The notes: generated from the letters alone by a model not told the origin. 64,000 nucleotides of DNA from Balneolales bacterium (GCA_041749075.1 JBGTBY010000035.1:278104-342103), one strand, 5' to 3'; numbered from the stretch's first letter, positions 18,009-27,490 are shown. Numbers and translations: made by a program.

Positions 18009-18969
18009 ACCAATTTGGCTGGGGTTGCTGATTCTGCTGCCGATCATCGCGGCATTGCAGTGGTTCTTGTTCCGTAAAAAAGCGATCGGAACCATCTTGT
18101 ATTCCAGTACTCCCGATGCGGATGCATCCGTACTGCGAATCGGTTTGATGTCCGTGCCCTATCTGGTTATCGCCTTGGTGATTGTGGCTCTGTCCCGACC
18201 TGTCGCACTGAATCAGGTCGTGGAACGAAGCACCGAAGGAATCGACATCGTGATCACGTTGGACTTGTCCGGATCCATGAAAGCGGAGGATTTGCGTCCG
18301 AACCGCTTCGAAGCCGCGAAAATGGTGGCAGGTGAATTCATCGGGAATAGGGAATCAGACAGAATCGGTCTGGTTGTCTTCGCACGGCAAAGCTTCACGC
18401 TTGTCCCTCCTACTCTCGATTACAAATTGTTGAGGCAGGCTCTGCAAGAACTCAAGCTGGATCAGATCACCGATGGAACCGCCATCGGGATGGGAATCGC
18501 AACATCTGTCAATCGCCTGAAGACATCCAAGGCGCTCAGCAAAGTCATCATCTTGTTGACGGATGGGGAAAATAACTCGGGCGAGATCGATCCGCTGACC
18601 GCCGCCGACCTTGCCAAGCAATTCGGAATCCGTGTGTATACGATCGGAGCCAGCACCGAAGGCACGGCTCCGTATCCGATTGATGATCCCGTGTTCGGCC
18701 GACGCTATCATCCCATCAAAGTGGACATCGACGAGCCGATGCTCACCGAAATCGCAACAAAAACCGGAGGCAAGTATTTCCGCGCCCGCGACACGAACGC
18801 CCTCCGCGCCATTTATGACGAAATCAACACGCTCGAACGCTCCGATGTTGAAGAACAAGTGTACGTGGACCGCGTCGATCTGTATTGGTACTTCCTCGGT
18901 CCGGCCATCTTCCTGTTCGTATTGCATGTGTTTGTGGAACGGTATCTCTATCGCTTCTTATGGCTTTAG
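17995..18969 (+). CDS. VWA-domain membrane protein (BatA-like)
   Basis: Start ATG 17995 (MVLLEPIWLGLLILLP, two N-terminal TMs). MIDAS motif DLSGSM and TDGENN; C-terminal TM. Confidence 0.85.
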   Translation: MVLLEPIWLGLLILLPIIAALQWFLFRKKAIGTILYSSTPDADASVLRIGLMSVPYLVIALVIVALSRPVALNQVVERSTEGIDIVITLDLSGSMKAEDLRPNRFEAAKMVAGEFIGNRESDRIGLVVFARQSFTLVPPTLDYKLLRQALQELKLDQITDGTAIGMGIATSVNRLKTSKALSKVIILLTDGENNSGEIDPLTAADLAKQFGIRVYTIGASTEGTAPYPIDDPVFGRRYHPIKVDIDEPMLTEIATKTGGKYFRARDTNALRAIYDEINTLERSDVEEQVYVDRVDLYWYFLGPAIFLFVLHVFVERYLYRFLWL

Positions 18970-21900
18970 ATTCTCTCATCCGGATTGTTCAGAAGCGTGT
19001 TCCTTATGAAAAGCTGACGGATGTCCTTTCCCAAAAGAAGCTTGTCCGCTTTGAACAAGCCGTGGGTTCTGTACTATCTATTTCCTTATTGCCACTCGCA
19101 TCCACCAAGACGCCTTTCTTGATTGTGACGGCGGATGAGGAAGAAGCCCTCGCTATCCGTGCCGACCTGGAAGAATTGGGTTTGAAGGATGTGGGATTTT
19201 TTCCGGCAACCGGACGCAAACCGAACGACCAGCAACATGTCGAGGATCCGTCCATCCTCGTGCAGCGCTCTGAAATTCTTGACGCCTTAAGTCGGACATC
19301 TGTCGAAGCCTTCGTTGCTCCCATCCACGCCATTATCGAAAAAATGGCCTCGCCCGAGGCCTATGCGACGGCCTCCATCCAACTGAAAAAGGATCAGGAC
19401 ATCGATCCCGAAATATTATGGGAGCAGTTACTCGATCAAGGTTATCAGGTGGCGCATTTCATCGATGAGCCCGGCGAAATGGCCAAGCGTGGCGGCATCA
19501 TGGATGTGTTTCCATTTACGGGCGGATACCCGGTGCGAATCGAGTTTTTCGGCAACACGATCGATTCCATAAGAGAATTCGATCCCGATTCCCAGCGATC
19601 CATATCATTTTTAGACAGTTGCCGACTCATACCCGACATCCGCGGGAAAGCAGGCAGCGAACGAGCCTCCATCCTATCGTATTTGCCGGCATCCACGATT
19701 GTGGTGCTTCAGAACGAACCGCTCATCCGCGCGAAGTATGAAGACACCTGGAAATTGGTTGAAGCCGCCGAGGCTGAGGCCGGATTCGTGGCTCCATCCG
19801 ACTTCTGGTCTGGAATGTCGGAATTCGGACGGATTGAGAGTGGCGCGTTTGTGTCGCAATCGAAACCGCATTTGTCGGTGGCTTTGAATGCGCGTCCACA
19901 ACCCGATTTCAATGGCGCGGTGAAACTACTGCGCAGCTATCTGGATGATGCGGCCACAAAAGAACACACGACATGGATTTTATGCGACAGCGAATCGCAG
20001 CGCGACCGCTTCGAAGAGCTTCTCGACTTGCAAGGATCGACACAGCAGATCCGGCTTCTCATTCATTCCTTGCATCAGGGATTCATCTTAGAGGATGAGA
20101 ACCTGTCGGTGTTCACGGACCATCAGATTTTCAATCGCTACCATCGTCCAAAGCAGAAAAAGAAAGTCTATCGCGGTGGATTTTCCCTGAAGGAAATCAA
20201 AGATCTGACCATCGGCGATTATGTGGTGCATGTGGATTACGGTATCGGGAAGTTCGCGGGCTTCACCAACATCACGGTTCGGAATGTTCCGCAGGAAGCG
20301 GTGATCGTGAAGTATGCCGAAGACTCCATCTTATATGTGAACGTCTCGAGTCTTCACAAACTTCAGAAGTATTCGGGTAAAGACGGCGCGGTTCCGGGCA
20401 TCACGAAACTGGGCTCGGGCGAGTGGCAGCGCAAGAAAGCGAAGACGAAGAGTCGGGTGAAGGATATCGCACGCGAACTCATCCGCCTGTATGCGAAACG
20501 AAAAGCTCAGAAAGCCCATGCGTTCGGACCCGATAGCGGGATGCAGCTCGAGCTGGAAGCCTCGTTCGAATTTGAAGAGACGCCCGATCAATGGACCGCC
20601 ATCGAGGATGTGAAACGTGACATGGAATCTCCACTTCCGATGGACCGATTGGTTTGCGGGGATGTCGGATTCGGAAAGACAGAAGTCGCCGTCCGCGCCG
20701 CCTTCAAAGCCGTGAATGATGGGAAGCAGGTCGCGATCCTTGTGCCGACGACAATTTTGGCCGATCAGCATTGGAAGACGTTCACCAAGCGGATGCGGGA
20801 TCTGCCCGTGACCATCGAGCGCGTGAGCCGCTTCCGCACCGCCGCCGAAATCACTCAGATTTTGAAGAAAACCGAGCGCGGCGAAATTGATATTCTGATC
20901 GGCACACACCGACTCGTTTCCAATGATGTGAAATTCAAAGACCTCGGTTTGCTGGTGATTGATGAAGAGCAACGCTTCGGTGTGACCGTCAAAGAAAAAT
21001 TGAAGAATTTCCGAGCGACAGTGGATGTCCTGACTCTCACCGCAACCCCCATCCCCCGCACCTTGCAATTCTCCTTGATGGGAGCGCGCGATCTGAGCGT
21101 GATCACCACGCCGCCTCCGAACCGCCAACCCGTTCAGACCGAGATCCATAGTTTCGATTCGGCCCTTATCAGAGATGCGATCTTGTTGGAGATGTCGCGA
21201 AACGGACAGGTGTTCTTTATTCACAACCGCGTCGCGAACATCGAAGAAGTTGGCGGAATGATCCGTGATCTGGTACCGAATGTAAAAGTGAGGCATGCGC
21301 ACGGACAAATGTCGGGTCCGGAATTGGAGAAAATCATCCTCGATTTCTATGACCATAAGTTTGATGTATTGGTGTCGACGAACATCGTCGAGAACGGAAT
21401 CGACATCGCAAATGCGAACACCATCATCATCAATCGGGCGGATCATTTCGGATTATCCGAGCTGCACCAGTTGCGTGGTCGCGTGGGTCGATCCAACCGC
21501 AAAGCCTTTTGCTATCTCATCACACCACCGCTCGAAGACCTGAGTGTTGAATCCAGAAAACGGTTGTTGGCTTTGGCTGAATTTTCGGACCTCGGATCCG
21601 GATTCAATATCGCGATGCGGGATCTCGACATCCGTGGTGCCGGCGATATTCTCGGAGGCGAACAGAGCGGGTTCATCAGCGACATCGGATTCGAGTTGTA
21701 CACCAAAATCCTGAACGATGCGGTGAAGGAATTGAAGGAAACCGAATTCCGAGATCTGTTCACCGACGCCCTTCACGAAATCGAAAAACCGGAAACCGTG
21801 GTCGAGTTCGATGTCTCTGCCTTGCTCGAAAAACGCTATGTGCAGAATGATGTGGAGCGGCTGAATTTGTATCGTGCCTTGTCGAAAGTCACGCGTCTGG

Positions 21901-22274
21901 AAGACATAGACACCTGGCGCGACGAAGTGGTGGATCGCTTTGGTCCGATGCCGCCATCCGGAAATTATCTCATCGCCGCGACCCGAGTGAAAGTTCTTGC
22001 ATCCAGATTGTACTTGCCGAAGGTTGTGATCCGCGCGAATCGGATGTGGCTCGAACTTCCGGATTCGAACACGGAAGCCGGCATCGCTTATTTCGAGAAA
22101 GGAACATTTCAGGAATTGTTGAAGCGTGTGGAAGGATGGAATCCGAACGGATACAAAGTGGCAAGCAAAGACGACAAAGTGAGATTGGTGCTCGAACCGA
22201 TCGCCGACCTGACCGCCGCCGCCGAGTGTCTGCTTACCTTGCAAGAACCCGAAACCGCATTGCAACATGCTTGA
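18960..22274 (+). CDS. mfd: Transcription-repair coupling factor
   Basis: Start ATG 18960 preferred (overlaps the VWA stop). Motifs DYVVHVDYGIGKF, helicase Walker A GDVGFGKTEVA, and DEEQRFG, with a C-terminal TRCF domain. Confidence 0.95.
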   Translation: MALDSLIRIVQKRVPYEKLTDVLSQKKLVRFEQAVGSVLSISLLPLASTKTPFLIVTADEEEALAIRADLEELGLKDVGFFPATGRKPNDQQHVEDPSILVQRSEILDALSRTSVEAFVAPIHAIIEKMASPEAYATASIQLKKDQDIDPEILWEQLLDQGYQVAHFIDEPGEMAKRGGIMDVFPFTGGYPVRIEFFGNTIDSIREFDPDSQRSISFLDSCRLIPDIRGKAGSERASILSYLPASTIVVLQNEPLIRAKYEDTWKLVEAAEAEAGFVAPSDFWSGMSEFGRIESGAFVSQSKPHLSVALNARPQPDFNGAVKLLRSYLDDAATKEHTTWILCDSESQRDRFEELLDLQGSTQQIRLLIHSLHQGFILEDENLSVFTDHQIFNRYHRPKQKKKVYRGGFSLKEIKDLTIGDYVVHVDYGIGKFAGFTNITVRNVPQEAVIVKYAEDSILYVNVSSLHKLQKYSGKDGAVPGITKLGSGEWQRKKAKTKSRVKDIARELIRLYAKRKAQKAHAFGPDSGMQLELEASFEFEETPDQWTAIEDVKRDMESPLPMDRLVCGDVGFGKTEVAVRAAFKAVNDGKQVAILVPTTILADQHWKTFTKRMRDLPVTIERVSRFRTAAEITQILKKTERGEIDILIGTHRLVSNDVKFKDLGLLVIDEEQRFGVTVKEKLKNFRATVDVLTLTATPIPRTLQFSLMGARDLSVITTPPPNRQPVQTEIHSFDSALIRDAILLEMSRNGQVFFIHNRVANIEEVGGMIRDLVPNVKVRHAHGQMSGPELEKIILDFYDHKFDVLVSTNIVENGIDIANANTIIINRADHFGLSELHQLRGRVGRSNRKAFCYLITPPLEDLSVESRKRLLALAEFSDLGSGFNIAMRDLDIRGAGDILGGEQSGFISDIGFELYTKILNDAVKELKETEFRDLFTDALHEIEKPETVVEFDVSALLEKRYVQNDVERLNLYRALSKVTRLEDIDTWRDEVVDRFGPMPPSGNYLIAATRVKVLASRLYLPKVVIRANRMWLELPDSNTEAGIAYFEKGTFQELLKRVEGWNPNGYKVASKDDKVRLVLEPIADLTAAAECLLTLQEPETALQHA

Positions 22275-23154
22275 ACCGTTCGCCGAGTTATTGAAGAATG
22301 GAGGCGTCGTGGCCTTCCCTACCGAAACCGTTTACGGACTCGGTGCATCGGCATGGAATGAAACGGCCATCAAACAGGTGTTCGAGTTGAAAGGTCGTCC
22401 GTCCGATAACCCGCTCATCGTGCACGTGAGTTCCTACCCGCAAGTGAAGCAATTGGCTGTGGATATTTCGCCCGAGGCGCGGACGCTTATGCAGAAGTTC
22501 TGGCCCGGACCTTTGACGCTGGTCTTCCGAAAAACGTCGCGCGTGCCGGTAATGGTTTCCGCAGGCTTGGACACGGTCGCTGTTCGGATGCCGAACCACG
22601 CGCTGGCTCTGGATTTGATCCGCCAAGCGGGCCCCTTGGTTGGGCCATCGGCGAACAAGAGTGGAGGGCCGAGTCCGACAAACGCCGCACATGTCCGGAC
22701 AGATTTCGGGACGAGCGTTCCCGTTGTGGATGGTGGCCCATGCGTGGTCGGGTTGGAAAGCACCGTGCTGGATGTGACCTCGAAACCATTTCGGATTTTG
22801 CGTCCGGGTGTGATCACGGCGGATATCATTAAAGAGGTTTGCGGAATTTCTGTTGATGAAGCGATGAAGGGGGATGAAGCGATGAAGGCCTCGCCCGGGA
22901 CGAGGTATAACCACTATGCGCCGAAGGCGAGCGTGAAGTGGGAAGAAGATGTAACAGGAGGATCGGAGGATGGGAGGAACATCTATTCCATTAAACACGA
23001 CGGGGATCTTGAATCTCTGGCGACCCGCTTGTATGCCGAATTCCGAAAGGCAGATGAAGCGGGATGTGATGAGATTCGGATCGAGGCGATTAATCCGAAT
23101 CATCCGTTAGCAAACGTTCTGTTGAACCGGATTGAGAAGGCGATGGGTGGGTGA
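22267..23154 (+). CDS. tsaC: L-threonylcarbamoyladenylate synthase (YrdC plus Sua5 domains)
   Basis: 295 aa. FPTETVYGLGA and KGRPSDNPLIVHV motifs plus a C-terminal Sua5-type domain. 8-nt overlap with the mfd stop. Confidence 0.9.
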   Translation: MLEPFAELLKNGGVVAFPTETVYGLGASAWNETAIKQVFELKGRPSDNPLIVHVSSYPQVKQLAVDISPEARTLMQKFWPGPLTLVFRKTSRVPVMVSAGLDTVAVRMPNHALALDLIRQAGPLVGPSANKSGGPSPTNAAHVRTDFGTSVPVVDGGPCVVGLESTVLDVTSKPFRILRPGVITADIIKEVCGISVDEAMKGDEAMKASPGTRYNHYAPKASVKWEEDVTGGSEDGRNIYSIKHDGDLESLATRLYAEFRKADEAGCDEIRIEAINPNHPLANVLLNRIEKAMGG

Positions 23155-24312
23155 TCAGGGCGTTCCTTGCACCACCGAATACTCCTGTCTATTGGTTTCT
23201 AGCAGCATCCATACCTTGCCAGAGGCACCTCGATGCATGCGAATGGTCGAGCCCCAAAGCTGTCCATAAGGCCATGTTGGACTTGGTTCGATTTTGCGGT
23301 AGTCCATTCCGTTCCAATGCCAAATCTGATAACGTGCCGCTCGGATCCAAATATCATTCGGTGAGAATACGCTGATCTGCCAAGCCGATTGTCTCATGGC
23401 CCATAACGGTAAATCATCATTCTTAAGGTTGTGTTTTTCAAAAGAGAGAGTTTGTCCTAGCGACTCAAAACGGAACGACTCCCATCCGGTCAAATACAGG
23501 TTAAGCGAATCCGTGCGATTGCAGCGGAATGCGGCGAGGTCGGTGATGTTTCCCTCCGCTTCTGGTACGTGGATGGGTAGTCCTGATGGTATTAGAGAAT
23601 CCATTAGTTTGATCCACTCACCATTGTGCAATTTCCATAGTTGATTTAGCGGTTCGCTCAACTGTGTGTATTTGAACGCATGGATATAGATCTCATTCTT
23701 TGTTATTCCACTTATCTTAGCTAATTGGTAATCGGTTGGAGCTAATGCGTAAACCCAATCAGCAGTATAACCGTCTTTTGTATAGGTCATGCCGTTATCG
23801 CCGGTTGCCATGAAAAAGCCTTTACCATCCGTCCAAACAGACCTCAACCCACCAATTGTCTGATATTGAAAACCCATCCATTTCTTGGTTCGGTTATCAA
23901 ATTCTGCCAACCCTGCTTTCGGATTATTTAGGTCGTAGAGTCCAACAGATACCATAAAGCTTTTGTCCCCAGTAAGATCATTGGAATAGTGCCGGATGTC
24001 GTTTTCAATTGAGCCATGGATATCCCCCGACCATTCACTTCCGTTCCAGTGTAACCCTGCAAAAAAGCGACGCTCGCCATCTTCAACTTTCCACAATCGT
24101 CCCATCACATACGCATCATCATCGGCGAATGCCCAAATACCTCCGAGAGTGGATGAAAAAACGGCCACCGAATCCGTCCTCCATGTGAAATCTCGATTGC
24201 CCGATGAGTAATTGCAATCGGGGAAAGGGATAGGTCCGGTGATGTCGGGTTTGCAGGAGGCGATAGTTATAACAATCCCGAGAGCGAAAATGATTGGATG
24301 TCTCTTTCCCAT
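23155..24312 (-). CDS. Hypothetical lipoprotein, probable beta-propeller-like repeat protein
   Basis: Lipobox VITIASC. Recurrent W/G-rich blades (IWAFADDDAYVMG, VWTDGKGFFMATGDNG, IWIRAARYQIWHWNG, VWMLLE). Its stop codon directly abuts the tsaC stop. Confidence 0.5.
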   Translation of the reverse strand: MGKRHPIIFALGIVITIASCKPDITGPIPFPDCNYSSGNRDFTWRTDSVAVFSSTLGGIWAFADDDAYVMGRLWKVEDGERRFFAGLHWNGSEWSGDIHGSIENDIRHYSNDLTGDKSFMVSVGLYDLNNPKAGLAEFDNRTKKWMGFQYQTIGGLRSVWTDGKGFFMATGDNGMTYTKDGYTADWVYALAPTDYQLAKISGITKNEIYIHAFKYTQLSEPLNQLWKLHNGEWIKLMDSLIPSGLPIHVPEAEGNITDLAAFRCNRTDSLNLYLTGWESFRFESLGQTLSFEKHNLKNDDLPLWAMRQSAWQISVFSPNDIWIRAARYQIWHWNGMDYRKIEPSPTWPYGQLWGSTIRMHRGASGKVWMLLETNRQEYSVVQGTP

Positions 24313-24903
24313 TTACCTACTCCCCGGCGGTGGGAGATAATACCGCACTCCTAAGGTGAGTCTCATTCCACTGAAATCATCAAAGTACTCCGGATACTCT
24401 TCATGCCTCATATTTCGGATGGCATGTGTTGTGAAAACAACCGGGAAGTTGGGCAGTTTCTTTTCTAATCCAATTCCACCGAAACCACCAAAGAGAAAGT
24501 TTCCAATTGCCTTTCCTGGTGGATTCCCACTATTCGGATAGGTCATATTCCCGTCGAGCCGTGCTATACCCCCAAGAAGATCAACGGTCATCTCATATGG
24601 TATCGGAATACCATATTTGAATCCAACCTGAAGCATTTTCATATCGACCAAACGCCCTTGATCTTTGAAGAAATAGGAAACGATACCAAACATATAGAGA
24701 CGTCTGGAGAGTGGAAATCCAACACTTGCGCCTAGGATGGACCCATAAGGAGTTCCATAGGTGTCTTCAAAAAAGTCAGCTGGCACCACATAAATCCCAC
24801 CATCCACAGAAAAAAAAGCAGATGCGGGTGGAGCCTTTTGGGCGTGTAATGGACTCGCAAAAATGAGTGCGAGGAAGAGTAGAATGGTGCGGTTCAGGGG
24901 CAT
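24313..24903 (-). CDS. Hypothetical small outer-membrane beta-barrel protein
   Basis: Signal peptide ending LHAQ, alternating hydrophobic/aromatic beta-strand pattern, Gly-rich turns, near-C-terminal LTLGVRYY. Its stop TAA is immediately followed by the lipoprotein ATG. Confidence 0.5.
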   Translation of the reverse strand: MPLNRTILLFLALIFASPLHAQKAPPASAFFSVDGGIYVVPADFFEDTYGTPYGSILGASVGFPLSRRLYMFGIVSYFFKDQGRLVDMKMLQVGFKYGIPIPYEMTVDLLGGIARLDGNMTYPNSGNPPGKAIGNFLFGGFGGIGLEKKLPNFPVVFTTHAIRNMRHEEYPEYFDDFSGMRLTLGVRYYLPPPGSR

Positions 24904-24966
24904 GGAGATGATATCATGTCTCCGACTAAGTAAACCCTTTACTAGTTGAAAGTCAAGTGAGATCGC

Positions 24967-26049
24967 TTACGGATTCATCACCAGCACATCCACTATTTCC
25001 CCGGGAATGAGATCCAAATGACCCAATCCATCCAGACTGATTCTCACCGGAATCCCACTTTCGATGAAGCCCGATCCGCGTTGCAAGTTCGCATCATAGA
25101 TCATGATCTGCGCTCCTGTCCGATCGATCACGGCTTCGGCGATCTGCTTCGGATATGTCCGAGTTCGGATTTGCACGATCATCCCGATGTGCGGTTTGAT
25201 GGATATCGGTTGGCGGATGTAGCCGATAATGTGGGTCGGTGTCGGTGATGCGATCAACACCAGCGGGACTCCCCCATTCAGGTATGCGCCGTTCTGGACA
25301 AACACTTTTACTACGGTTCCGCTGATGGGGGCGATCAGCACTGTCGGCTTGAATTCCTGATACGCTTCTTCCATCTCTGCTTCTAGGGCAGAAATGCCTA
25401 AAGTAACGGGATCACTAGCGGATGAACTACCCGACTCGTACTTGACCAAGCGCTGCATCTCGCGTTCCATATCGGCGATGAGTGATTTCTTCGCTTCATA
25501 TGCACTGGTTACCAGCGATAATTCCAAGGTCGAATCTTCCAATTCCTGCGCGGAAATCAGATTCTTCTCGAACAATTCCGTCATTCGCTCGGTCGTGCGA
25601 AGCAATTGGATGCGACGGATATTCAACGATTCGAACTCGATCGTTTCATTGATCACATCCAATTGAAGCGAAATGAGGTCGATGCGATTCCGTTGCAAGT
25701 CCGAGATTGGTTCTTGCGTGGCTTTCATCAACTCGATCTGTGTGCGAAACACATCCAGCTTGGCCTGCAGCATGGCGCTGTCGGCCACGGCAACGGTGGC
25801 GATCACATCCCCCGCTTGCACCACGTCAAATTCTTGAAGTGTAAATCCCTGAACTTGACCGGTCAGGGGTGCGCTCACGTACGCGGTGTCGGCCACGACT
25901 TTTCCGACGAAAGAGGATTGCTGCGTCTTGTTTCCCCATAGTGATATGACGATCACCAATACCACGACAAAGGTGATGACCGGAACGAACCGGGTTCTGA
26001 ATTCCCGCAGTTTTTGGCGGAAGGGGATTTGAATGGGTTGCATGCTCAT
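24967..26049 (-). CDS. HlyD-family periplasmic adaptor (membrane fusion protein)
   Basis: 360 aa. N-terminal TM FVPVITFVVVLVIVISLW, a lipoyl-like half (VSAPLTGQV...AGDVIA), a long coiled-coil segment, a second lipoyl half (IAPISGTVVKV) and a beta-barrel. ATGA overlap with the upstream DUF4956 gene. Confidence 0.8.
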   Translation of the reverse strand: MSMQPIQIPFRQKLREFRTRFVPVITFVVVLVIVISLWGNKTQQSSFVGKVVADTAYVSAPLTGQVQGFTLQEFDVVQAGDVIATVAVADSAMLQAKLDVFRTQIELMKATQEPISDLQRNRIDLISLQLDVINETIEFESLNIRRIQLLRTTERMTELFEKNLISAQELEDSTLELSLVTSAYEAKKSLIADMEREMQRLVKYESGSSSASDPVTLGISALEAEMEEAYQEFKPTVLIAPISGTVVKVFVQNGAYLNGGVPLVLIASPTPTHIIGYIRQPISIKPHIGMIVQIRTRTYPKQIAEAVIDRTGAQIMIYDANLQRGSGFIESGIPVRISLDGLGHLDLIPGEIVDVLVMNP

Positions 26050-26732
26050 ACTTCGGACTCGTCTTCGGTGAGCATCGAACTGACGGAATGCACGCCACGA
26101 ATGGACTTCATTTCATTGACGAGGATGTCGATTTTGGATGGATCCCGCAACCGCAAGCGGTACGATAGAAAGACCCCATCCGTCCCCTCACGCACGCGTT
26201 CGGTCACTTTCACCCATTTGATGCTGTGCCGATGCAGCAACGGAACGAGCGTCCAGTCTTGGTCGGCCGGCTCATCATATTGAAGATTCAGAATGAGGTC
26301 AAAGCGTTGGCGCGATCCGAAGTTCGTGAACCATATATATAAGAAGGCGGTGGACATCGTGAGTGTCCCCACGATCGCCGTTGTGAATTTTTGTGTTCCG
26401 GATGCGAGCCCGATCACAATCAATGTGAGGATGTAGACCGTGTCCAAGGTGTCGCGCAGGATGTTCCGGAAGCGGACGATCGCGAAAACCGCAAGCAAGC
26501 TGAACGCGGTGACGATGTTGTTATCGAGCACCATCATCACCATCGAAACGGTAATGGGAATGATGATGAGCGAACTCACGAAGGATCGTGAATAGGACAA
26601 ACCCGAATGGGTGTACATGTAGATCCAAGCGAGGATCTGCCCGCAAAGAAATGCGAGCAGCAGGGCCATGACCAGCGTGGGCAGGTCTGTTGGAATCGGT
26701 GCCGTATCACCGAAGCGAAACCAATCATTCAT
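26046..26732 (-). CDS. DUF4956-domain membrane protein
   Basis: Start ATG 26730-26732 (MNDWFRF..., ATGA overlap with the VTC gene). About 4 TMs, the conserved FAIVRFRNILRDTLD block, and a C-terminal soluble domain. Confidence 0.8.
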   Translation of the reverse strand: MNDWFRFGDTAPIPTDLPTLVMALLLAFLCGQILAWIYMYTHSGLSYSRSFVSSLIIIPITVSMVMMVLDNNIVTAFSLLAVFAIVRFRNILRDTLDTVYILTLIVIGLASGTQKFTTAIVGTLTMSTAFLYIWFTNFGSRQRFDLILNLQYDEPADQDWTLVPLLHRHSIKWVKVTERVREGTDGVFLSYRLRLRDPSKIDILVNEMKSIRGVHSVSSMLTEDESEV

Positions 26733-27490
26733 CCGTAATTCCCGATAGCGACATTTTGTGGATAGTGCAACATCACCAATCCGGCGGCATATTTCGCGGC
26801 CGATTCGGGATGCAAGTGAAACGTCTGCACGATGTCTTGAAACCAATTCGGATACCGATCTGTGAACTTCAGTTCCAAAATCACCAAGTTTCCGAAAACA
26901 GAAACAGGTTCGAGGGTTTTAACCGAGTATCGGATGTCGTGTTGGATGGCGGATGTCACGTGACGGTCGAAGGTGACCCGGATGCTGTTTCCTACGTCAC
27001 TCTGGTACGCCTCTCTCATATAAGAGACATGAGTGCGGGGCGTCGCATCGAGCTCGTTGCGAAGGTGGCAAAAATATTGAAGTGCGGAAAGCTGCTCCGG
27101 GGTCTGCATCAACAAATGTGACAAAACGGGCGTCTGACCTGCGACCAATTCTTCGACTGATTCGCGATGAACGATGGCACGTCGCTTCGTGATGACTTTG
27201 TCGTGGCGACGTTTCACTTCCAAGTAAACCGGCTTCCCTTCCCCGTTGTCATAGTATCGGATGCGGAGTTTGTATCGGTTGCGGTTGCCATTGATGGTGT
27301 CGCGGTAGGTGTCGAGGTCGGGCGAGTCGAGATAGATGCTATGAACAGCGTAAGACAAGTTGTGCTGAGTGGCGCCGAAGCGGTCTACATCCAGATAGGA
27401 TTCCACGAATTGGCGGATCTGTAATGCCGTATGCTCCGATGTCAGATACTTGTATTCGAATCGTTGGCGTTGGAGCGAGGTGTCTGACAT
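26729..27490 (-). CDS. VTC-domain protein (polyphosphate-polymerase-type triphosphate tunnel fold)
   Basis: Start ATG 27488-27490 (MSDTSLQRQRFEYKYL). Tunnel-strand motifs RFEYKY, LRIRYY, LEVKRR, IRVTFD and ILELKF. Confidence 0.85.
   Translation of the reverse strand: MSDTSLQRQRFEYKYLTSEHTALQIRQFVESYLDVDRFGATQHNLSYAVHSIYLDSPDLDTYRDTINGNRNRYKLRIRYYDNGEGKPVYLEVKRRHDKVITKRRAIVHRESVEELVAGQTPVLSHLLMQTPEQLSALQYFCHLRNELDATPRTHVSYMREAYQSDVGNSIRVTFDRHVTSAIQHDIRYSVKTLEPVSVFGNLVILELKFTDRYPNWFQDIVQTFHLHPESAAKYAAGLVMLHYPQNVAIGNYG

Noticed and set aside
24904-24966. Small AT-rich palindrome AGTAAA-CCC-TTTACT and a GGAGA...TCTCC inverted repeat between the HlyD gene and the barrel gene, considered as a terminator or operator.
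   Set aside because: The stems are only 5-6 bp, AT-rich or interrupted, and have no U-tract. This is insufficient to call a feature.
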